Assembly: GCA_964496805.1 (NCBI GenBank)
Contig: CAZCBM010000001.1
Location: 1-59,420 of the forward strand
Source of the DNA: an uncultured Rhodospirillales bacterium
GTDB lineage: Bacteria > Pseudomonadota > Alphaproteobacteria > CAZCBM01
Reading direction: 5' to 3'
Length of the DNA: 59,420 nt
The position numbers and the translations under genes are program-made. The stretch's first letter is position 1, and each line of letters begins with the position of its first letter. Below, piece after piece: positions 56,530-59,420 of the stretch. The notes below the pieces were generated by a model, which ran no database searches, had not been told where the DNA came from, and saw only the letters and a list, made by a program, of their open reading frames with translations.

Positions 56530-56729
56530 CCCTTAACCCGGTTTCCCAGGTATTGGCGCCATCCACCGCCTTTGGCATCTAAAGCAGAGGGCACCGAATT
56601 GGAACCGGCCCCGCTGCCGTCCTGGGAGGGTGGTCGCTCGGATGATCCCCTCCGCGGCGTTGCCCCTTCGGGGGTCGACGCGCTCCAAGCCGCCCAAGGC
56701 AACCGCCGCCACGGCCCTTGGGCCAGGGA

Positions 56730-59120
56730 TCACGGCGCTGTGTCGCGGGGATACAGATGGACGGCTCCCGCCTCCTCATCCTCGCGGTTGTCGCCGGGGG
56801 CTGCCACCAGCAGGGCGCTGGGGATCACAGCAACCCGGCGGCCAAAACTGGGCTCCGTGCCCTGCCCTGTCGGTGCCTGTGGGTTACGAAAGATGCTGCT
56901 CAGTTGCCAAGGCATGTCCGCCCCAGCACGCTGATAGAGGTACGCCCCGGGTCGCGCTTCGGCCTCCCCCGGCTGACCGGGCGCCCCCACCAGCAGCGTG
57001 GTCTCATCCATACCAAGGCTAACCCCGAAGGCCACGGGACCGTCCAGGGGTTGGGCTTGCAGGCTTTGCTGCACGGTCCAGTCCGCCAAGGGGGCTCCCC
57101 TCTGTGCGGGTGCCAGACTATGGACCTGCCGTGCTCCCGGTGCCGCCACCAGCAGGTGTTCCCCATCCAGGGCCAGGGTCGCCCCGAACCCATCACCGGG
57201 GCGGGACTGTGGGGCCGACAAGGTGACGGCCGGGGCAAGGGTGACGGCCCAGGGATTCGACCGCTGGTAGATATCCACCCGACCAGGCGTGTTGTCGTCG
57301 CCTGGAGAGCCCACGAACAAAGCGGTCTCCGTCAGCAGCAACGAGGCTGCAAAGCGGGCAACCCCCACAGGAGGCGCCTCCACCTGGCTTGGAAAGGTGC
57401 CAGTGAGGGGCGTCAACAGCACCGGCCCCCCCTCTGCGGCGCTGGCCAGCAGCGCCTGATCGGCCACGGCTGCCACCGGCCCGTTGCCATGGCGGACCTC
57501 AACCAGATCGACCACCGTTGAGGGAACGGCCGGGTCCAGCAACCGCACTTGCAGCGTCCTGGTCGCCGAGCCCTCGGCGGATGTGTCCTCAGCGGATGTG
57601 TCCTCAGCCGGAGTGCCCTCAGTGGGAGTTCCGTCACTGGGGGTTTCTGTCCGGGCCGGCCCGCCCTTGGGAGAGATCAGCAGCAGCTTGTCCCCTTCGA
57701 CAACCGTGCCGAGCCTCACCCTATCTCCGCTCACGTCCAAGGCAGGCCAACTATCACCCACCAGGATCCCCAGGCGAGAAATCCCATCCGCATTGCCCAG
57801 TCGCACGGCGTCCACCCGGGCCAAGCCGGCCAACGCAGGGTCCATGGGGACACTCAACACATAGGCTTCGTCCCCCACAACACCCAGGTCCCACCCCAGC
57901 CGAGCGCCGGCTGTGGTGCCAATCAGCGTCTGAGGCTCCAGGTCGGCGGAGGGTGCGGCCGGAGGCGGCGTTGCGGTGGTGGTGGGCTCACCAGCAGCAC
58001 TGTCGGTCTGGGCCATCAGGCTGGAGGCCGTCTGCTGCCCCAGATGCCCCTGGGCGTAGCGCGCCACCGCCCATCCCAGGCCCAGCAACACAAGGATCAA
58101 AACCAGGCCTGTGGCCACCGGCGCCTTGCGGCCCCCTTTGACCTCAAGATCCGGCGCCATGCCCGGGCTAGCGGGCGTCGCAGGGGCATCGTCATCGATG
58201 CTGGTGATCTCGGCGGTTAACCACGTCCGAGCGCCTGCTGGCGGGGGCGGCGCCGGCTCGGCCGCCACATTGGCCAGCGACGGATCCAAAAGGGCCAGCA
58301 ACTGGGATCCGCTGCCGGCACGGTGTGCCGGATCAGGGGTTAGCCCAGCGATGAGCATGGGCCGCAGCCAGTCCGGCACGAAGGAGAGGTCAGGGGCCGC
58401 CTGCCGCGCGGTCACCGCATCGGTGAAGCCGGAGCCTTCAAACAGCGGGCGGCCGGTGGCGGCGAACAGGATCACCACGCACAGGCTGTACAGATCAGTC
58501 TTGGGGCCAATGGTGCGCGCCCCGCCGAACAAACCCATCTGCTCCGGCGCGGCATAGCGCAGTTTGCCCGCAAACCGATCCCCAATGACCGTGGCGGCGT
58601 CATCGTCCGCCAAGTCCTTTGAGATGCCAAAATCAATCAAGGTGGCCTTGGCCACTTCATCGTCGCGCAGAATGATGTTGTCCGGCGCAAGATCCCGATG
58701 CACCACGCCAAGGGCGTGCAGGGCATCCATGGCCGGCAGCAGCCGGCGGCACAGCGCCACAATGTCCGCCTGCGACAGGGGCGAGGTCTCCAAAGGGCTG
58801 GGCTTCACCCGCTGCTGCAGGGACGGCCCCTCCACATAGTCCATGACCAGGATCAACTGCCCATCCGGGCTTTGCTGGATGCCATAGCACCGGACCACCG
58901 CTTCCACATTCAGTTGGATCAGGCGCCGCGCCTCCCGCCGGAACAACTCCGCGGCGGTCTCGTTCAGGCTGCCCTCGTGCAGGGCCTTCAGGGCGTAGAC
59001 AGTGCTGTCGATGGACGGGTCGAAGCTCTCCGCCTTATAGACGGTGGCGAAACCTCCCTGGGCGACCTCGCCCAGAACCCGATAGGTGTTGTTGAGGATA
59101 TCCCCGGGATGCAGCGGCAC
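56730..59120 (-). CDS. receptor-type Hanks Ser/Thr protein kinase with extracytoplasmic FG-GAP-like repeats
   Basis: Kinase motifs GGFATVYKA, YALK, HRDLAPDN, DFGISK and YAAPEQ. One TM helix (LVLILVLLGLGWAV). The C-terminal region has repeated LLV(G/A)APG...G.V.LY motifs. GTG start with GAGGG upstream. Confidence 0.85.
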   Translation of the reverse strand: MPLHPGDILNNTYRVLGEVAQGGFATVYKAESFDPSIDSTVYALKALHEGSLNETAAELFRREARRLIQLNVEAVVRCYGIQQSPDGQLILVMDYVEGPSLQQRVKPSPLETSPLSQADIVALCRRLLPAMDALHALGVVHRDLAPDNIILRDDEVAKATLIDFGISKDLADDDAATVIGDRFAGKLRYAAPEQMGLFGGARTIGPKTDLYSLCVVILFAATGRPLFEGSGFTDAVTARQAAPDLSFVPDWLRPMLIAGLTPDPAHRAGSGSQLLALLDPSLANVAAEPAPPPPAGARTWLTAEITSIDDDAPATPASPGMAPDLEVKGGRKAPVATGLVLILVLLGLGWAVARYAQGHLGQQTASSLMAQTDSAAGEPTTTATPPPAAPSADLEPQTLIGTTAGARLGWDLGVVGDEAYVLSVPMDPALAGLARVDAVRLGNADGISRLGILVGDSWPALDVSGDRVRLGTVVEGDKLLLISPKGGPARTETPSDGTPTEGTPAEDTSAEDTSAEGSATRTLQVRLLDPAVPSTVVDLVEVRHGNGPVAAVADQALLASAAEGGPVLLTPLTGTFPSQVEAPPVGVARFAASLLLTETALFVGSPGDDNTPGRVDIYQRSNPWAVTLAPAVTLSAPQSRPGDGFGATLALDGEHLLVAAPGARQVHSLAPAQRGAPLADWTVQQSLQAQPLDGPVAFGVSLGMDETTLLVGAPGQPGEAEARPGAYLYQRAGADMPWQLSSIFRNPQAPTGQGTEPSFGRRVAVIPSALLVAAPGDNREDEEAGAVHLYPRDTAP
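57578..57652. repeat. 15-nt tandem repeat (2 perfect and 3 degenerate units) inside the kinase ectodomain linker
   Basis: CGGATGTGTCCTCAG x2 followed by diverged units. On the minus strand it encodes the pentapeptide repeats TPTEG/TPAED/TSAED/TSAEG. Confidence 0.8.
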
Positions 59121-59420
59121 GGCGCCCTCGTTCCTGAATGACCGCGGTCTTGGTGAGCGTGAGCTATATCAGGGCCGGGCGGCGCTGCCTATGGGCCAGG
59201 AGGCCAAGCACAGGGCCAATCCCCTGCCCGGTTTCTGCGGGCGAAGAAACGGCACTGGATCTATTCCCGGAGAGCCCGTCAGGTTGGATCCCCTGCCCCA
59301 GTCCGGCCCCTGGCATAGGGTGCAAGGAGGAGGGTCCCCCAACGGCGCGCAGCGCTGCGGGTACATCCATCAGGCGGGTTCCGCTTACCCGTAAGGCCGC
59401 GCAGACCCGATACCATGCAA

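Overview
This is a high-GC (about 65%) chromosomal segment. It looks alphaproteobacterial: Tim44-like/mltA and sfsA-map-radC neighbourhoods, a GTTC-N7-GTTC SOS box, and a MaoC-fused pta next to ackA/fabI. All domain calls were made by eye from the supplied translations, with no searches run. I can support about 50 protein-coding genes, most of them housekeeping: proS, ackA-pta-fabI, acs, htpG, phoX, rpmB, tgt, mltA, mazG, phnCDE, ahcY, map, radC, bpt, purU and folD. I recognised no rRNA, tRNA, CRISPR array, transposase or integrase. Many long ORFs in the track are antisense or out-of-frame artefacts of the high GC content. The best candidate for an undescribed system is an N-terminal HNH-type nuclease with a disordered tail carrying repeated acidic-GW motifs (35316-36356). 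A SUKH/SMI1-KNR4-type immunity-like gene follows it (36628-37062). Its MAKHRKKP N-terminus recurs almost exactly on a patatin-like phospholipase 5.5 kb upstream (29840), which suggests a shared leader on two toxin-class enzymes. Other notable items:
- A Flp-prepilin-like leader fused to cadherin-like and fibrinogen-related domains (1869-3110).
- A tgt homologue in which all three zinc-binding cysteines are replaced.
- An orphan imuA directly behind an SOS box.
- A roughly 106-nt structured intergenic element in two full copies and one degenerate copy.
- A GC-rich palindromic element family.
- An MFS transporter pseudogene with a G10 tract.
- A divergent purQ/purC-like pair.
- A receptor-type Ser/Thr kinase with FG-GAP-like repeats.
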